Shown piece by piece: positions 1 through 12,239 of a DNA stretch of 64,000 bases (the stretch's first letter is position 1; each line of letters opens with the position of its first letter). Both the position numbers and the translations under genes were made by a program. Source of the DNA: an uncultured Candidatus Saccharibacteria bacterium (lineage in GTDB: Bacteria; Patescibacteriota; Minisyncoccia; UBA6257; 2-01-FULL-56-20); assembly GCA_964467765.1 (NCBI GenBank), contig CAYXSS010000002.1:1310-65309 (forward strand), in the 5' to 3' direction. Under the pieces are notes generated by a model, which ran no database searches, was not told the DNA's origin, and saw nothing but the letters and a program-made list of their open reading frames with translations.

Positions 1-102
1 TCGGTCGCGGGGAAAGTAGGATATGCCGACACATAAGGATTTTTTACCAGCCTCTTTTACACGAAGCAGATTTGGGTTATTGGAATAGGCCATACGGGTT
101 GC

Positions 103-131
103 TTGACTATAAATTTTTGATATGCTATAAT
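103..131 (+). promoter_or_regulatory. sigma70-type promoter (TTGACT-17-TATAAT, extended -10 TG)
   Basis: TTGACT 103-108, 17-nt spacer, TGcTATAAT 123-131. Confidence 0.7.
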
Positions 132-184
132 GTAAAAAGCAACACTTGGAAAGGCCTGGCGAAGAAAGGCCAAGGAGGTGTCAG

Positions 185-370
185 ATGGCAGGTTGGATTG
201 GTGGTGGTTGCAGCTGCAAGGCCAAGAAAATACTCTGCATGCACGGCGACCCCAGCGCTTTCTCGATGAGGGGCGGTGCGAAGAGGTTGCAGGCGGAAGA
301 CGGCGGCAAGAAGAAGCAGAAACAGAAGGAACAGAAGAAGGCGAGGTACGGCGCAAAGTACGGCGCATAG
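185..370 (+). CDS. small basic protein (61 aa) with CxC..CxH motif
   Basis: AGGAGGTG SD at 173-180, ATG 185, own promoter and terminator; MAGWIGGGCSCKAKKILCMHG...KYGA. Confidence 0.6.
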   Translation: MAGWIGGGCSCKAKKILCMHGDPSAFSMRGGAKRLQAEDGGKKKQKQKEQKKARYGAKYGA

Positions 371-375
371 GACTC

Positions 376-410
376 GGGGCCGGTATCGTATGATCCGGCC
401 CCTTGTTTTT
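376..410 (+). terminator. intrinsic terminator
   Basis: GGGGCCGG...CCGGCCCC stem followed by TTGTTTTT. Confidence 0.7.
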
Positions 411-506
411 CCTCTCGCAGAGATTTTCGGAGAGAATCAAGAGAAGGGCAGAATTATTTTCTAAAATGGATAAGCGAGATACCGAAACACTGCGTTTTGG
501 TGGCCG

Positions 507-533
507 GGGCGGTGGTTAACCACCGCCCTTTTT
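507..533 (+). terminator. perfect 22-bp palindrome with T tract
   Basis: GGGCGGTGGTTAACCACCGCCC then TTTTT. Confidence 0.55.
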
Positions 534-573
534 ATTTTTGCTATAATTTAATATAACCGAAAGGTCGATTTGA

Positions 574-864
574 TTGATCAAAATTATGAAGAAATTATTG
601 TGGGTTATCGTAGTAGTCGTTGCTTTGGGCGTTGTCTATTGGTTTTGGTCTAACGGCTGGCAGGGGACGCAGTTGCCGAAGGCTGGTACAACTGGTGGCA
701 AGCTGGCGGTTTCTCCTGAAGCGGCAAATCCGGATTCAATCGTTTCCGATTTGAATTCCGCTGCCGAAGCAGAGTCTCTTACTCCGGCCGAATCGGACAC
801 TTCGCTTACCGAACCAGGTTCAGTTGATTCTTTTGATCAATCGTTGAACACGAGCCAATTTTAA
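574..864 (+). CDS. small membrane-anchored hypothetical protein
   Basis: N-terminal TM helix (KKLLWVIVVVVALGVVYWFW), low-complexity acidic tail; start probably at internal ATG (MKKLL). Confidence 0.7.
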   Translation: MIKIMKKLLWVIVVVVALGVVYWFWSNGWQGTQLPKAGTTGGKLAVSPEAANPDSIVSDLNSAAEAESLTPAESDTSLTEPGSVDSFDQSLNTSQF

Positions 865-870
865 AAACAT

Positions 871-1641
871 ATGCAGACTAAAAAGTTTTCGGCTCTTACG
901 GCTGCCGTGATGTTGCTTTCAACGGTTTCGCCGCTTGTTTACGCGCAGTCCGCTCCAAAAAACGCACCAAGCGTCAAAGGAGGAGCTTGCGACGCTTTGA
1001 TCCCGAAAATTTCAGACATCGAGACAAGACTGAATAAGCAGCTGGACGAAATGAAAAGCAAAGATGCCGATCAGCTGGCCCGTTTCGACGATCGTGAAAA
1101 AGACTATCTTGACAAACTGAACCAGAAACGAAGCGAACAGAAGAGCGATTTCGAGGCCAGAATAGACAAGTTCGAAGAAGGTGCAAAAAATGATGCCGAT
1201 CGCCAAGCCGTGGCGGCTTTCAGAGGCGCCGTCCAGGCGGCGATTGAAGCCAGACGCGCTGCGATCGAGGCAGCGCTAGCCGTTTTTCACAAAGGCGTGA
1301 GAGACGCTTTGGCGCTTAGGCGCCAGGCAACGGAGAAAGCGCTTGCGGACATGATAGCTTCCGTTCGTGCCGCTATGGAAAAAGCGAAAACAGATTGCAC
1401 GAGCGGTGTTAGCGGACAGACGGTAAGGAGCGCTTTTATAGCCGCTGTAAAATCAGCGCGAACCAAACTTGTCGATGCCAGAAAGTCGTCTGCCGATTTT
1501 GACTCGGCGATGAAAAAACTAGTTGCCGACAAAAAAGCCGCCTTCGACAAAGCTAATGCCGATTTCCGAGCCGCTCTTGAAAAAGCGCGAACTGCGCTGA
1601 AGAACGTTGTGCGCGAGTCGACTTCCACGCCAAGTCAATAA
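871..1641 (+). CDS. secreted alanine-rich coiled-coil protein
   Basis: signal peptide ending VYA, helical A/K/E/R-rich body. Confidence 0.8.
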   Translation: MQTKKFSALTAAVMLLSTVSPLVYAQSAPKNAPSVKGGACDALIPKISDIETRLNKQLDEMKSKDADQLARFDDREKDYLDKLNQKRSEQKSDFEARIDKFEEGAKNDADRQAVAAFRGAVQAAIEARRAAIEAALAVFHKGVRDALALRRQATEKALADMIASVRAAMEKAKTDCTSGVSGQTVRSAFIAAVKSARTKLVDARKSSADFDSAMKKLVADKKAAFDKANADFRAALEKARTALKNVVRESTSTPSQ

Positions 1642-1673
1642 GGGTTGCGTTTGGCGTAGTTTGTCGCTTTTTG

Positions 1674-1712
1674 TTTCTGCCTCCGGCTAAAAGTCGGGGG
1701 CAGAAACTTTTT
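1674..1712 (+). terminator. intrinsic terminator
   Basis: GTTTCTGCCTCCGGCT-AAA-AGTCGGGGGCAGAAAC stem, then T run. Confidence 0.7.
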
Positions 1713-1729
1713 CGGCTATAATTAAGCTT

Positions 1730-2497
1730 ATGGGCAAGCGTCTTATAAAACAGATTGCTTATGGGATTTTTTATTTATTTTTTTTCGCCGGCATAATTTA
1801 CGGCTCTTACGTTTTATTTATTCGTCCGGCGCCGTCTTGCTTCGATAAAATTCGAAACCAAAATGAAGAAGGGGTTGATTGCGGCGGGCCGTGCGCGGCG
1901 GCGTGTATTCCGGCAGAGCTGCGTCCGATTGTGGCTATCGATCGCATTTTGAAATTCAGCAGTACACCGTCGTCAATAAGTATTTTGGCGAAAATCAGCA
2001 ATGCCAACCTTGATTACGCCGCAAAAAATTTTTCTTACAAATTTAATTTTTATAAAGCGAACGGTGATTTTGTCGGATCTCTTGGCGGCAATTCTTTTAT
2101 TTATGCCGGGGAAGTGAAATATCTTTTACTCCCGAATGCGTCTTTGCCGCCAGTTCCTTTTTCTAAAATTGATTTAAAAATAGAAAATGTCGAATGGTTA
2201 CCCGGTAACAGGTTTTCTGGCCCGCCAAATGTTGCCGTCTCCGGTGTTGCAACCGCGGCAGAAGCCAGTAATTTATCCGTCGATGGCCAAATAACCAACC
2301 GCGACAGCGTTTCATTCCCCGCGGTAACTGCGGTAGCAATTTTTCGCGGCCAATTTGGTCAGATTGCCGGGGCGTCGCAAACGGAGATTTCTAACCTTTT
2401 GCCAAACGAAACCAGGAAATTTTCAATTATTCATCCCCTCATACCAAGCGTCGACTTAAACGGTACCAGCGTTTTTGTTTACTCTCGAAGACCATAA
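1730..2497 (+). CDS. membrane-anchored protein with Cys motif (EEGVDCGGPC) and Ig-like beta domains
   Basis: TM helix, SCFDKIRNQNEEGVDCGGPC, beta-rich C-terminus typical of Parcubacteria hypotheticals. Confidence 0.75.
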   Translation: MGKRLIKQIAYGIFYLFFFAGIIYGSYVLFIRPAPSCFDKIRNQNEEGVDCGGPCAAACIPAELRPIVAIDRILKFSSTPSSISILAKISNANLDYAAKNFSYKFNFYKANGDFVGSLGGNSFIYAGEVKYLLLPNASLPPVPFSKIDLKIENVEWLPGNRFSGPPNVAVSGVATAAEASNLSVDGQITNRDSVSFPAVTAVAIFRGQFGQIAGASQTEISNLLPNETRKFSIIHPLIPSVDLNGTSVFVYSRRP

Positions 2498-3570
2498 TGT
2501 CGCTTTTTTTGCCGGTCGGAATACTGCTTTTAGCCAGCCTTGCAGCAATTTCCAGCGTTTCTGCCTCGCTTTTTTACCTGCAGCTTGTATGGATTGCCGT
2601 AGGGCTAATGGCCGTTGTTTTGTTTTACTTTTTTGATTGGCGGAATCTTTTGAATTATCGCTGGCTTATCGGCGGACTTTATGCGCTGACGACCGTGCTC
2701 CTTCTCCTCCTTGATGTTTTCGGCTCTAAAATTCGTGGCACAAGAAGCTGGATCTCTTTGGGCCTGTTCAATTTTCAGCCAGTAGAGATAGCAAAGATTT
2801 CTTTGGTGCTTTTGTATGCTTTGTATTTCAGCAAAAAACATATAAATATTTCTCACTGGAGTACGGTTTTCCAATCGTTTTTATTTTTTGCAATTCCTGC
2901 AGCTCTCGTTGCCTTACAACCAGATTTCGGTTCGGCGCTGATTCTTTTCGGCATTTGGTTTATGTTTCTGATCTTATCCGGACTTTCCGGAAGGCGTCTG
3001 GTTATTTTTCTGCTCACGCTGCTTATAATTGCTCCGATTTTTTGGTTTAATATTCTGCGCGATTATCAGCGTGAGCGCATCGCGGGCGTTTTTTTTCCGG
3101 AGCGCAATGTTTTAGGAATTAATTACAGCGCCGCGCAATCAAAAATAGCTATTGGCTCCGCCGGTTTTTGGGGCAAGGGTTATAAACAAGGGACGCAGAC
3201 GCAGCTAGGCTTTCTTACGGAACCGGCATCCGATTTTGCTTTTGCTGTTGTCGTCGAAGAATGGGGAATTTTCGGGGGGCTGGTGGTAATTTCGGCGCTG
3301 ACCTTTTTAATTTTCAGGATTCTGCGAAGCGGCCTTGGGGCTCGCAGGAATTTCGAAAAATTCGTTTGCCTTGGGGTGGCGGTGATTTTCGGATTGCAAT
3401 TTTTGCTTAATGCCGGCTCGGCGCTCGGCCTTACCCCAATCGTCGGCGTAACATTTCCTTTTATCAGTTACGGAGGGTCGAGCATCGTGGCAAGCTTGTT
3501 TCTTCTGGGCCTTGTAGCCGCAATAAACAGAGAAAAAGACTGGGGAATAAAACAAGGCCAAATGCTCTAA
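2497..3570 (+). CDS. rodA: rod shape-determining protein RodA (SEDS family)
   Basis: multi-TM; RSWI..FQPVEIAK, QPDFG, QSKIAIGSAG, FLTEPASDF, PFISYGGS. Confidence 0.88.
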   Translation: MSLFLPVGILLLASLAAISSVSASLFYLQLVWIAVGLMAVVLFYFFDWRNLLNYRWLIGGLYALTTVLLLLLDVFGSKIRGTRSWISLGLFNFQPVEIAKISLVLLYALYFSKKHINISHWSTVFQSFLFFAIPAALVALQPDFGSALILFGIWFMFLILSGLSGRRLVIFLLTLLIIAPIFWFNILRDYQRERIAGVFFPERNVLGINYSAAQSKIAIGSAGFWGKGYKQGTQTQLGFLTEPASDFAFAVVVEEWGIFGGLVVISALTFLIFRILRSGLGARRNFEKFVCLGVAVIFGLQFLLNAGSALGLTPIVGVTFPFISYGGSSIVASLFLLGLVAAINREKDWGIKQGQML

Positions 3571-3585
3571 AATCAATTTAAGGAA

Positions 3586-4566
3586 ATGAGGCACGTCATC
3601 AAAAGAAGTTTCTTTTCCAAAAGGTTTTTTGCGCTGGCCTTATTTTTTTTCTCAGGCGTTGCGTTTTTATTGTCTCTTGGTCCGAAAGGAGCTGATTCTA
3701 GAATTATTTTCGAGATAAAACGCGGCGAAGGATTTTCCGAGATAGCCGCGCGCTTGGAAAAAGAAGGCATAATCAGATCGAGGCTGTCGTTTGAAATTCT
3801 CGGGATTTTAATTTGGAAATATAAGTATATAAACCCCGGCGTTTATACGCTCAATCCGGGCGAAACGAGCGTCGTCATACTTCGGGAAATTGCTCCCGAG
3901 GAAAAAAACGAAGCAGAAGTTCGCATACCGGAAGGCGCCACCGTTTATAAAATCGATTCTATTTTAAGCGACGCAAAAGTTATTATTCCCGGAAGTTTGA
4001 TAACCTATGCCTCATCGACTGATATAGAAGGTCGCCTTTTCCCGGACACCTACAGGTTCTTGTTTAATTCTTTTATGGAAGACGTGGTTAAAAAAATACT
4101 GGACAATTTCGACTTGAAAACCAAAAATGTGCTCAAGGGAAAAAATGAGGCAGAGATAAAAAAGATTGTGGTTTTAGCTTCGATTCTAGAAAAAGAGGTA
4201 CCGGAAGCGGAGGATATGAAAATAGTTGCCGGTATTTTACTGAAAAGAATCGGCGCCGGAGTGCCGCTTCGCGTTGACGCTACAATCTGCTATATTAAAG
4301 AGGTTTTAAGCGGGTCTGCGGTGTCTTCTTGTTATCCACTGCAGCCACTTGACTTCAAAAGAGAATCGGATTATAATACTTACTTACACGCTGGTTTGCC
4401 GCCTCGGGCTATTGGTAATCCAGGTATTTCGGCCATATCAGCCGCGGTTGCTCCGAAAAATTCCCCCTACTGGTACTACTTAAGCGACCCGAGAACCAAG
4501 AAGACGATCTTTGCTAAAACATTTGAAGAGCATAACGAAAACAGGGCAAGATATCTGGGGTTGTAG
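3586..4566 (+). CDS. mltG: endolytic transglycosylase MltG
   Basis: RIPEG, EGRLFPDTY, LASILEKE, YNTYLHAGLPP..IGNPG, FAKTFEEH. Confidence 0.92.
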   Translation: MRHVIKRSFFSKRFFALALFFFSGVAFLLSLGPKGADSRIIFEIKRGEGFSEIAARLEKEGIIRSRLSFEILGILIWKYKYINPGVYTLNPGETSVVILREIAPEEKNEAEVRIPEGATVYKIDSILSDAKVIIPGSLITYASSTDIEGRLFPDTYRFLFNSFMEDVVKKILDNFDLKTKNVLKGKNEAEIKKIVVLASILEKEVPEAEDMKIVAGILLKRIGAGVPLRVDATICYIKEVLSGSAVSSCYPLQPLDFKRESDYNTYLHAGLPPRAIGNPGISAISAAVAPKNSPYWYYLSDPRTKKTIFAKTFEEHNENRARYLGL

Positions 4567-4894
4567 TATTATAATAATGGCTTGACAGACCGCGTTTCAT
4601 CGCCTAGTATATTACATACGAATTTCTGAAGCACGGTTATTGTAGCAATTGTTTGCTGAAAAATTCGTGCTTGCGGTGAAACGCGATGTGGCAAGCGAGT
4701 TGATTTAAGAGACTCGTGCTGACATAAAAAGACAAAAATAAATAAAATAAAAACGCTCCTTCCAGGGAAGGGGGGAGGTTTTATTGCGTTAGCCGTTTTT
4801 TCAAATAAAAATCTAGTTGATGGTTGATGCTTTTGGGTTGACGACAAAAAGCCAGATTAAAAAAACGATTTGAATTTATTTCGAAGCAAATAAA

Positions 4895-7800
4895 ATGCCA
4901 AAAATTCCGGTAAAAAGTTTCGCCAAATCGCTGCCGCTTGTTGAACCTTTTGACCTGAACGAGGCACAACTCCGTTCTTACGGTTGGTTTTTAGAAAAAG
5001 GATTGAAAGAAATTTTCGACGAAATTTCTCCGATCACCAGCCATACCGGCAAGGAATTCGAATTATATTTCGGTAAATATCATTTTGATGAACCGAAATA
5101 TGACGAAAGAACCGCGCGCTACAAGGATGCGACCTACGAAGCATCTTTAAGGGCGGAGCTGAGGCTCGTCGATAAAAAAACAGGGAAGTCGGAAAAGCAA
5201 GAAGTTTATCTTGGTGATTTTCCGATAATGACCAACCGGGGAACTTTTATTATCAACGGCGTCGAGCGTGTGGTTATTGCGCAGCTTGTGCGATCCGCCG
5301 GCGTTTACTTCACCTCTTTCCTTTGGCGTGGCCGCCAGCTTTTCGGTGCAAAAATAATTCCGAACCGCGGCGCATGGCTCGAGTTCGAAACCGATCCGGA
5401 TGGCGCCATTGAAGTTAAAATTGACCGCCACAGAAAGGTTCCCGTAACGGACCTTTTGCGTACGTTCGGATACGATGATGAAAAAATCCGTGCGGCATTT
5501 TCCGATGTCGAAAAAGGAATGTTCGACCACATTGAAGCAACTCTTAAAAAAGACACCGCCAAAAATGCCGATGAATCTTATGTCGAGATTTATCGGCGCC
5601 TCCGTCCGGGAGATCCGGCGGCCGCAGCAACGGCCAAGGGCTTGATTGATGCCATGTTTCAGCGTTCCGATCGCTACGACTTGTCCCGCGTCGGTCGTTT
5701 TAAATTTAACCAACGTTTGTACGGCGGACAGAAAAAAGAAGATAGGGTTTTAAATGGCGAAGATTTGGTTGCGGTTATAAAAGAAATAATCAATCTGAAC
5801 AACAAACAGGATTCTCAGCCGGACGACATAGATCATTTGGGCAACAGGCGCCTTAAGGCTGTCGGCGAGCTTTTACAGGGAAGACTTCGCATTGGCTTGG
5901 CCAGATTGAAACGGATTGTACAAGACAGAATGTCTACGGAAGCAAGAGAGCGCATCTCGCCTTCGCAACTCATTAACTTCCGTCCGATTGCCGCCGTCGT
6001 TAAAGAATTTTTTTCTTCTTCACAGCTTTCGCAATTTATGGATCAAGTAAATCCGTTGGCCGAACTTGAGCACAAACGAAGGATTTCTGCCTTGGGTCCC
6101 GGTGGTTTGACGCGGGAGCGGGCCAGCTTCGAGGTTCGCGACGTTCACCGCTCGCATTACGGCCGCGTTTGTCCGATTCAAACTCCCGAGGGCGGGAGTA
6201 TCGGTCTGATTAATTATTTGGCTAGTTTCGCCAAGATAAACGATTTCGGATTCGTCGAGACGCCATATGCGCGCGTTGAAAAAGGCAGGGTGACTGGAGA
6301 AATTGTCTGGATGGACGCACTGGAAGAAGAAAAATATAAAATAACGCATGCCGGAGTAAGAAGAGACGCGGAAGGCAATCTGTTGGGTGAAGTTGTTGAG
6401 GCCAGAGTAAAAGGTACGCCGGGAACTTGCGCCATACAGGAAATTGATTTTATCGACGTTGCCCCTCATCAATTTGTTAGCGCCGCTACTTCGCTTATAG
6501 CATTTCTTCAGCACGACGACGCCAACCGTGCGCTTATGGGTTCCAACATGCAAAGACAAGCCGTTGGCTCGATCAGGCCGGCCGCCCCTTATGTTTCAAC
6601 GGGCGAAGAAGAGAGGGTTGCGAGAGACTCCGGCTATGTTTTAAAAGCGGAAGGAAGCGGTAAAGTTGTCGAAGTTGATGCGGGGAAAATAACCGTTAAA
6701 TATCAGAAAGGCGGGACCAAAACTTATCACCTGGAAAAATTTAAAAGATCGAACCAGTTTACATGTATATCGCAGCAGCCGCTGGTTAATCTTGGAGATG
6801 TTGTAAAAAAAGACGACCTTTTGGCCGATGGGCCATCTACGGATGACGGTGTTCTTGCTTTAGGCCAAAATCTTCTTGTGGCCTTTATGTCCTGGGAAGG
6901 AGCAAACTTCGAGGACGCCGTAATACTTTCCGAGCGAGCCGTGCACAAAGATCTTTTTACTTCGATACACATCGAAGATTTTTATTGCGACGTACGCGAC
7001 ACAAAACTTGGTCCGGAGTTAACAACGCCGGACATTCCCAACGTTTCCGAAGAAAAATTGAGAAATCTGGACGAAGAAGGAATTGTACGTATTGGCGCCG
7101 AAGTAAGGGCAGGCGATATTTTGGTCGGAAAAATTTCTCCCAAAGGCGAAGCCGAGCTTACTCCGGAAGAAAGGCTTCTGCGGGCAATTTTCGGCGAGAA
7201 GGCCCGTGATGTGAAAGACACTTCTCTTACGCTGCCGCATGGTAAGCGCGGCCGCGTGGTCAACATCAAGATTTTCGACAGGGAAAAAGGCGACAAGCTT
7301 GAACCGGGAATAATCAAGCGCATTCAGGTTGAGATCGCAGAGTTAAGAAAAGTGCAGGCGGGAGACAAGCTTGCCGGCCGCCACGGCAACAAAGGGGTAA
7401 TTTCCCAAGTAAGAAGAGTTGAAGATATGCCATATCTCGAGGACGGGACGCCGGTGGACATAATTTTGAATCCTTTAGGCGTGGCTTCGCGTATGAATCT
7501 TGGCCAGGTGCTCGAAACACACCTTGGTTGGGCTGCGCAAAAACTGGGATATAGAGCCGTAACCCCGGGGCTCGATTCCGCAACAGAAGACGAAATAAGG
7601 GCGGAACTCAAGGCAGCTGGTCTTCCGGAAAACGGAAAAGTGACCCTTTTCGACGGCCGGACCGGAAAAAAAGTTGATCAGAAAGTCAATGTCGGCGTAA
7701 TTTACATGCTGAAACTCAATCATCTGGTTGAAGACAAGGCACATATGCGATCTACCGGTCCTTATTCACTCATTACCCAACAACCATTAGGCGGTAAGGC

Positions 7801-10800
7801 GCAGTTCGGCGGTCAGAGATTCGGAGAAATGGAAGTTTGGGCGCTCGAAGGATATGGGGCAAGGCATACATTGCAGGAAATGTTGACGATCAAGTCCGAC
7901 GATGTTTTGGGCCGCGCCGCTGCTTACGAATCGATAATCAGAGGGGAAGAAATTAAAGAGCCGAATTTGCCGGCATCGTTCAATGTGTTGGTCAACGAGC
8001 TCAAGTCACTTGGTTTTAACGTCAAACCGATTTATGCCGACGAAACAAGAAGGAAGGAAGATTTTTCCGCGCTGCAAATTACAGTCGCCTCTCCGGAAGA
8101 CATTTTGAAATGGTCGCATGGCGAAGTTATCAAACCAGAGACAATCAATTATCGAACCCAAAGACCGGAAAAGGACGGTCTTTTCTCGGAGCGTATTTTC
8201 GGTCCGACAAAAGATTATGAATGTTATTGCGGTAAATACAGACGTGTGCGTTATAAGGGCGTTGTTTGCGACAAGTGCGGCGTGGAGGTTACCAAGGCGT
8301 CCGTTCGGCGCGAAAGACTGGGGCATTTGGAGCTTGCCGCACCCGTTTCACATATTTGGTTTTTAAAGAGTGCGCCTTCCCGCTTGAGTTTATCTCTCGA
8401 CGTGTCTGCTCCAAAACTGGAACGCGTAATTTACTATTCCGCCTACATTGTTACCGAGGTTGACGAAGAAGAAAGAGAGAAAGCGCTAAAGGCTTTGGGC
8501 GGAGAACTAAAAAGCAGAATAAAAGAAAGCGGCAAAGGCAAAGGCGTTGAGAAAGAGCTTAAGGAAGCAGCCAAAGTTACCGAGGACTATCTTCAGGATT
8601 TGCGTCTTGGGCAAGTTCTTACAGAAACCGAATACTTTAATTTATCCAGACGTTTCGGCAGTGTTTTTCGCGCCGGAAGCGGAGCGGAAGCCGTCAGGAA
8701 AATTCTCGAGGGGATGGATCTGCGCAAGGAAATTCAAAAAATACAATCAGACCTCGACAAATCAAAAGACCCGCTTGCCCAAAGCAAACTCCTGCGGCGC
8801 CTCAAAATGTTTAAGTCTATGATCAAAAACCAAACGAGGCCGGAGTGGATGATCTTTAATGTTTTACCCGTTCTTCCTCCTGATCTTCGCCCGATGGTGG
8901 CGCTTGACGGCGGCAGGTATGCCACGTCCGACCTCAATGATCTATACCGGCGCGTTATTAACAGAAACAACCGTTTGAAAAAACTTTTGGACATAAAAGC
9001 GCCAGACGTCATTGTTCGCAACGAAAAAAGAATGTTGCAAGAGGCAGTAGACGCCCTAATCGACAATTCGGCAAGGTTTGGCTCGCAACAGCTTTCTTCG
9101 CAGCGCAGGCCGCTCCGATCTCTCGCTCACATGCTTAGAGGGAAACAGGGCCGCTTCAGACAAAATCTTCTCGGCAAGAGAGTGGATTACTCCGGCCGCT
9201 CCGTGATCGTCGTAGGTCCCAAATTAGGGATCGACGAATGCGGGCTGCCGAAGATTATGGCGCTCGAGCTTTTTCGGCCGTATGTCTTGAGCGAGATTAT
9301 CAAAAGAGGATTGGCTTACAACATTCGCGGCGCGGCGCGGTTTATCGAAGAGGGTAGCGACGAAGTCTGGGCAATTTTGGAAGACGTCATTCGCGACAAA
9401 ATGGTGCTCTTGAACCGCGCTCCGACACTGCACCGCTTAAGCGTGCAGGCTTTCAAGCCCCTGCTTACCGAAGGATTGGCGATTCAAATACCGCCGCTGG
9501 TTTGTGTCGCTTTCAATGCCGACTTTGACGGCGACCAAATGGCTGTGCACCTGCCTCTTTCGAATTACGCCCAGAAAGAGGCAAGAGAAATTATGTCTGC
9601 CGGCGGAAATATTTTGAAGCCGGCAACTGGCGAGCTTATAACTACGCCGACGCAAGACGTCGTTTTGGGAATTTATTATTTGACGCAGACGGACGAATCG
9701 AATGTGGAAAGAAACGAAAAAGGTTTGCCGAAAAAAGCGATCGGAGGAATCGAAGAAGCCCTGCTTGCGCATGAGTTCGGATTTATTGGTCTGCGCGAGC
9801 CTGTTTATTGGCAGAGTATGGAGACGACTCTCGGCCGCATGATTTTTAACGAAAATCTCCACGGCCTTCTTCCTTATCAAAACGAAGCTATAAACAAGAA
9901 AAAACTGGTAAAGATCGTAGAAAATATTTTTGACAAATATGGAAAAGAGGAAACAAGAAATATTTTGGATGCCGTAAAACTCTTGGGTTTCGAGATGGCA
10001 ACGCGTTCAGGAATTACATGGGCGATGGCCGACCTTATGGTTCCGAAAGGCAAACGCGCGCTGGTTGAGTCTTCAGAAAAACAAACCGCGGAAATTCAAG
10101 ATCAGTTTAACGAAGGGCTTTTGACTGCTGCCGAGCGGCGCGCCAGAGTGATAAGTGTTTGGGAAAAGGCAAAAGCCGATATTTCCAAACTGGTAGCCGA
10201 GGCTTTAGAAAAAAACAATCCCATTTACCAAATTGTTGATTCTGGTTCGCGCGGTTCTTGGTCCCAGCCGATCCAGATGATGGGTATGAGAGGTTTGGTG
10301 CAAAACCCCAAAGGAGAAATTATCGAATTGCCGATTAAATCATCTCTGAAAGAAGGTTTCAGTGTTTTGGAATATTTCATTTCCACGCACGGTGCGAGAA
10401 AAGGAACGACTGACACCGCTCTTAAAACCGCCCAAGCTGGATATCTGACGCGACGCTTAGTTGACGTATCACAGGATTTAATCATAAGAAGCGAAGACTG
10501 CCGCACAAAAGAAGGAGTAGAAATTTTCCGCAAGGACGGCAAGGAGTTCAACCAATCTTTCTCGAGCCGCCTCTTTTCGCGCACGTCGCTTGAGGATGTG
10601 AGGATACAGAGGAAAATCGTCGTGCGTGCCGGAGAAATTATAGACAAAATCGCAGCGGAGGCGATAGATCGTTCCAATATTGAATCAGCTAAGGTCAGGT
10701 CGCCAATCACCTGTAAGACGGCACACGGCATTTGTTCCAAATGCTACGGTTTCGACCTCGGCAGCAACAGTCCGGTGAAATTTGGCGTGGCCGTGGGCGT

Positions 10801-11656
10801 GCTTGCCGCTCAATCTATCGGTGAACCGGGAACGCAGCTTACAATGCGCACATTCCATGCCGGAGGCGTTGCCGGAGCTGATATTACGCATGGCTTGCCG
10901 CGCGTGGAAGAGCTTTTTGAAGTAAGACCGCCGCGAGGCAGGGCGATTCTTGCTCCTATGGACGGAATAGTAGAAAAAGTGGAAGACAAGGGCATGGCAA
11001 AACTTGTAAGAATATCACAGCCAGGATCAAAAAAGGCGCAAGAATTTTTGATTTCGCGCACAACACTGCTTTTCGTGGAAGTCGGAGCCAAAGTGCAGAA
11101 AGGCGATCAGATTTCTGAAGGACATGTCGATCTCAAGGAACTTTTAGCCATCAAAGGCAAAGAAGAGGTACAGCGCTACATCATCAACGAGGTGCAGAAA
11201 ATTTATTTATCGGAAGGCGCAACGATCAACAATAAACACATCGAGATAATCGTCAGACAGATGTTCTCTCGCGTGCGCGTAAGAGATGCCGGAGACTCCA
11301 CGGATTTTGTTGCCGGAGAAACCGTGGAAAAAGACAGTGTCCTCGAAGCCAACAGGGAACTTAAAAAACAGGGCCTGAAACCGGTCAAAGCAGACGAACT
11401 GCTTTTGGGAATAACGCGAGTCGCGCTTTCTTCCGACAGTTTCCTTTCCGCTGCTTCTTTCCAAGACACGGCGCGTGTTTTGGTTAAATCTGCAGTAGAA
11501 GGCAGAATAGACAGTCTGCGCGGCCTTAAGGAAAACGTGATCATCGGTCGCCTCATCCCGACAAAGGAATTGACAAAAGGTATACCGGAAGACGACGTTG
11601 ACGAAGCCGTAAAAGAGGAGCCGGTTGCCGCTGCTGGCGAACCAGAAGAAAATTAA
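4895..11656 (+). CDS. rpoBC: fused DNA-directed RNA polymerase beta/beta' subunit
   Basis: one 2253-aa ORF with beta motifs ([21 protein letters not shown]) continuing into beta' motifs (Zn finger [25 protein letters not shown]). Confidence 0.96.
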   Translation: MPKIPVKSFAKSLPLVEPFDLNEAQLRSYGWFLEKGLKEIFDEISPITSHTGKEFELYFGKYHFDEPKYDERTARYKDATYEASLRAELRLVDKKTGKSEKQEVYLGDFPIMTNRGTFIINGVERVVIAQLVRSAGVYFTSFLWRGRQLFGAKIIPNRGAWLEFETDPDGAIEVKIDRHRKVPVTDLLRTFGYDDEKIRAAFSDVEKGMFDHIEATLKKDTAKNADESYVEIYRRLRPGDPAAAATAKGLIDAMFQRSDRYDLSRVGRFKFNQRLYGGQKKEDRVLNGEDLVAVIKEIINLNNKQDSQPDDIDHLGNRRLKAVGELLQGRLRIGLARLKRIVQDRMSTEARERISPSQLINFRPIAAVVKEFFSSSQLSQFMDQVNPLAELEHKRRISALGPGGLTRERASFEVRDVHRSHYGRVCPIQTPEGGSIGLINYLASFAKINDFGFVETPYARVEKGRVTGEIVWMDALEEEKYKITHAGVRRDAEGNLLGEVVEARVKGTPGTCAIQEIDFIDVAPHQFVSAATSLIAFLQHDDANRALMGSNMQRQAVGSIRPAAPYVSTGEEERVARDSGYVLKAEGSGKVVEVDAGKITVKYQKGGTKTYHLEKFKRSNQFTCISQQPLVNLGDVVKKDDLLADGPSTDDGVLALGQNLLVAFMSWEGANFEDAVILSERAVHKDLFTSIHIEDFYCDVRDTKLGPELTTPDIPNVSEEKLRNLDEEGIVRIGAEVRAGDILVGKISPKGEAELTPEERLLRAIFGEKARDVKDTSLTLPHGKRGRVVNIKIFDREKGDKLEPGIIKRIQVEIAELRKVQAGDKLAGRHGNKGVISQVRRVEDMPYLEDGTPVDIILNPLGVASRMNLGQVLETHLGWAAQKLGYRAVTPGLDSATEDEIRAELKAAGLPENGKVTLFDGRTGKKVDQKVNVGVIYMLKLNHLVEDKAHMRSTGPYSLITQQPLGGKAQFGGQRFGEMEVWALEGYGARHTLQEMLTIKSDDVLGRAAAYESIIRGEEIKEPNLPASFNVLVNELKSLGFNVKPIYADETRRKEDFSALQITVASPEDILKWSHGEVIKPETINYRTQRPEKDGLFSERIFGPTKDYECYCGKYRRVRYKGVVCDKCGVEVTKASVRRERLGHLELAAPVSHIWFLKSAPSRLSLSLDVSAPKLERVIYYSAYIVTEVDEEEREKALKALGGELKSRIKESGKGKGVEKELKEAAKVTEDYLQDLRLGQVLTETEYFNLSRRFGSVFRAGSGAEAVRKILEGMDLRKEIQKIQSDLDKSKDPLAQSKLLRRLKMFKSMIKNQTRPEWMIFNVLPVLPPDLRPMVALDGGRYATSDLNDLYRRVINRNNRLKKLLDIKAPDVIVRNEKRMLQEAVDALIDNSARFGSQQLSSQRRPLRSLAHMLRGKQGRFRQNLLGKRVDYSGRSVIVVGPKLGIDECGLPKIMALELFRPYVLSEIIKRGLAYNIRGAARFIEEGSDEVWAILEDVIRDKMVLLNRAPTLHRLSVQAFKPLLTEGLAIQIPPLVCVAFNADFDGDQMAVHLPLSNYAQKEAREIMSAGGNILKPATGELITTPTQDVVLGIYYLTQTDESNVERNEKGLPKKAIGGIEEALLAHEFGFIGLREPVYWQSMETTLGRMIFNENLHGLLPYQNEAINKKKLVKIVENIFDKYGKEETRNILDAVKLLGFEMATRSGITWAMADLMVPKGKRALVESSEKQTAEIQDQFNEGLLTAAERRARVISVWEKAKADISKLVAEALEKNNPIYQIVDSGSRGSWSQPIQMMGMRGLVQNPKGEIIELPIKSSLKEGFSVLEYFISTHGARKGTTDTALKTAQAGYLTRRLVDVSQDLIIRSEDCRTKEGVEIFRKDGKEFNQSFSSRLFSRTSLEDVRIQRKIVVRAGEIIDKIAAEAIDRSNIESAKVRSPITCKTAHGICSKCYGFDLGSNSPVKFGVAVGVLAAQSIGEPGTQLTMRTFHAGGVAGADITHGLPRVEELFEVRPPRGRAILAPMDGIVEKVEDKGMAKLVRISQPGSKKAQEFLISRTTLLFVEVGAKVQKGDQISEGHVDLKELLAIKGKEEVQRYIINEVQKIYLSEGATINNKHIEIIVRQMFSRVRVRDAGDSTDFVAGETVEKDSVLEANRELKKQGLKPVKADELLLGITRVALSSDSFLSAASFQDTARVLVKSAVEGRIDSLRGLKENVIIGRLIPTKELTKGIPEDDVDEAVKEEPVAAAGEPEEN

Positions 11657-11695
11657 ACTTGCTTAAAAACCAAGAATACATTTAAAATTTTTACC

Positions 11696-12115
11696 ATGGA
11701 AGAAACGGAGAAAAAAAACTACGAAATTTCCTGCCTTTTGGCCAAAGAAGAAGATGCCGATGTGGTTTTGCGGCTTTTGCGCCAGCACGGAATTGAGGCA
11801 ATATCGGACCCCAGGGTTAAAAAAATAAAATTGTCTTACCCGATAAAAAAGACAACACAGGCGGATTTTTGGTTTATAAGATGTTCAGCCTCGCCCGAAG
11901 CAGTTGTTGCTTTGGAAAAAGACTTAAAAACCGCCGCAGGCATTTTGCGCTTCATTATTGTCAAGCTTCCTAAAGAAGCGCTTGGTGTTCAAGGAGAGAC
12001 CGGTGGTCGTCCTCCGAGAAAATTTGTTCCAAGGAAAACAACTTTGCCGCAGAAGCGTACAGAGGTTTTGAGCAACGAGGCGCTGGAGAAAAAAATAGAG
12101 GAGATTTTGCAATAG
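11696..12115 (+). CDS. rpsF: 30S ribosomal protein S6
   Basis: YEI..., KLSYPIKK, ILRFIIVK; upstream of ssb. Confidence 0.85.
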   Translation: MEETEKKNYEISCLLAKEEDADVVLRLLRQHGIEAISDPRVKKIKLSYPIKKTTQADFWFIRCSASPEAVVALEKDLKTAAGILRFIIVKLPKEALGVQGETGGRPPRKFVPRKTTLPQKRTEVLSNEALEKKIEEILQ

Positions 12116-12239
12116 GAGCATTGAATCCGCCGGAAGCCGCAATCTCTTTACAAACAGCTATATTTTTGTAGAATAAATAAGTCGCTATAACAATGATAAA
12201 GTTTGCAGATCAATACAGTCGCGATCTGCTTTTAACGGT

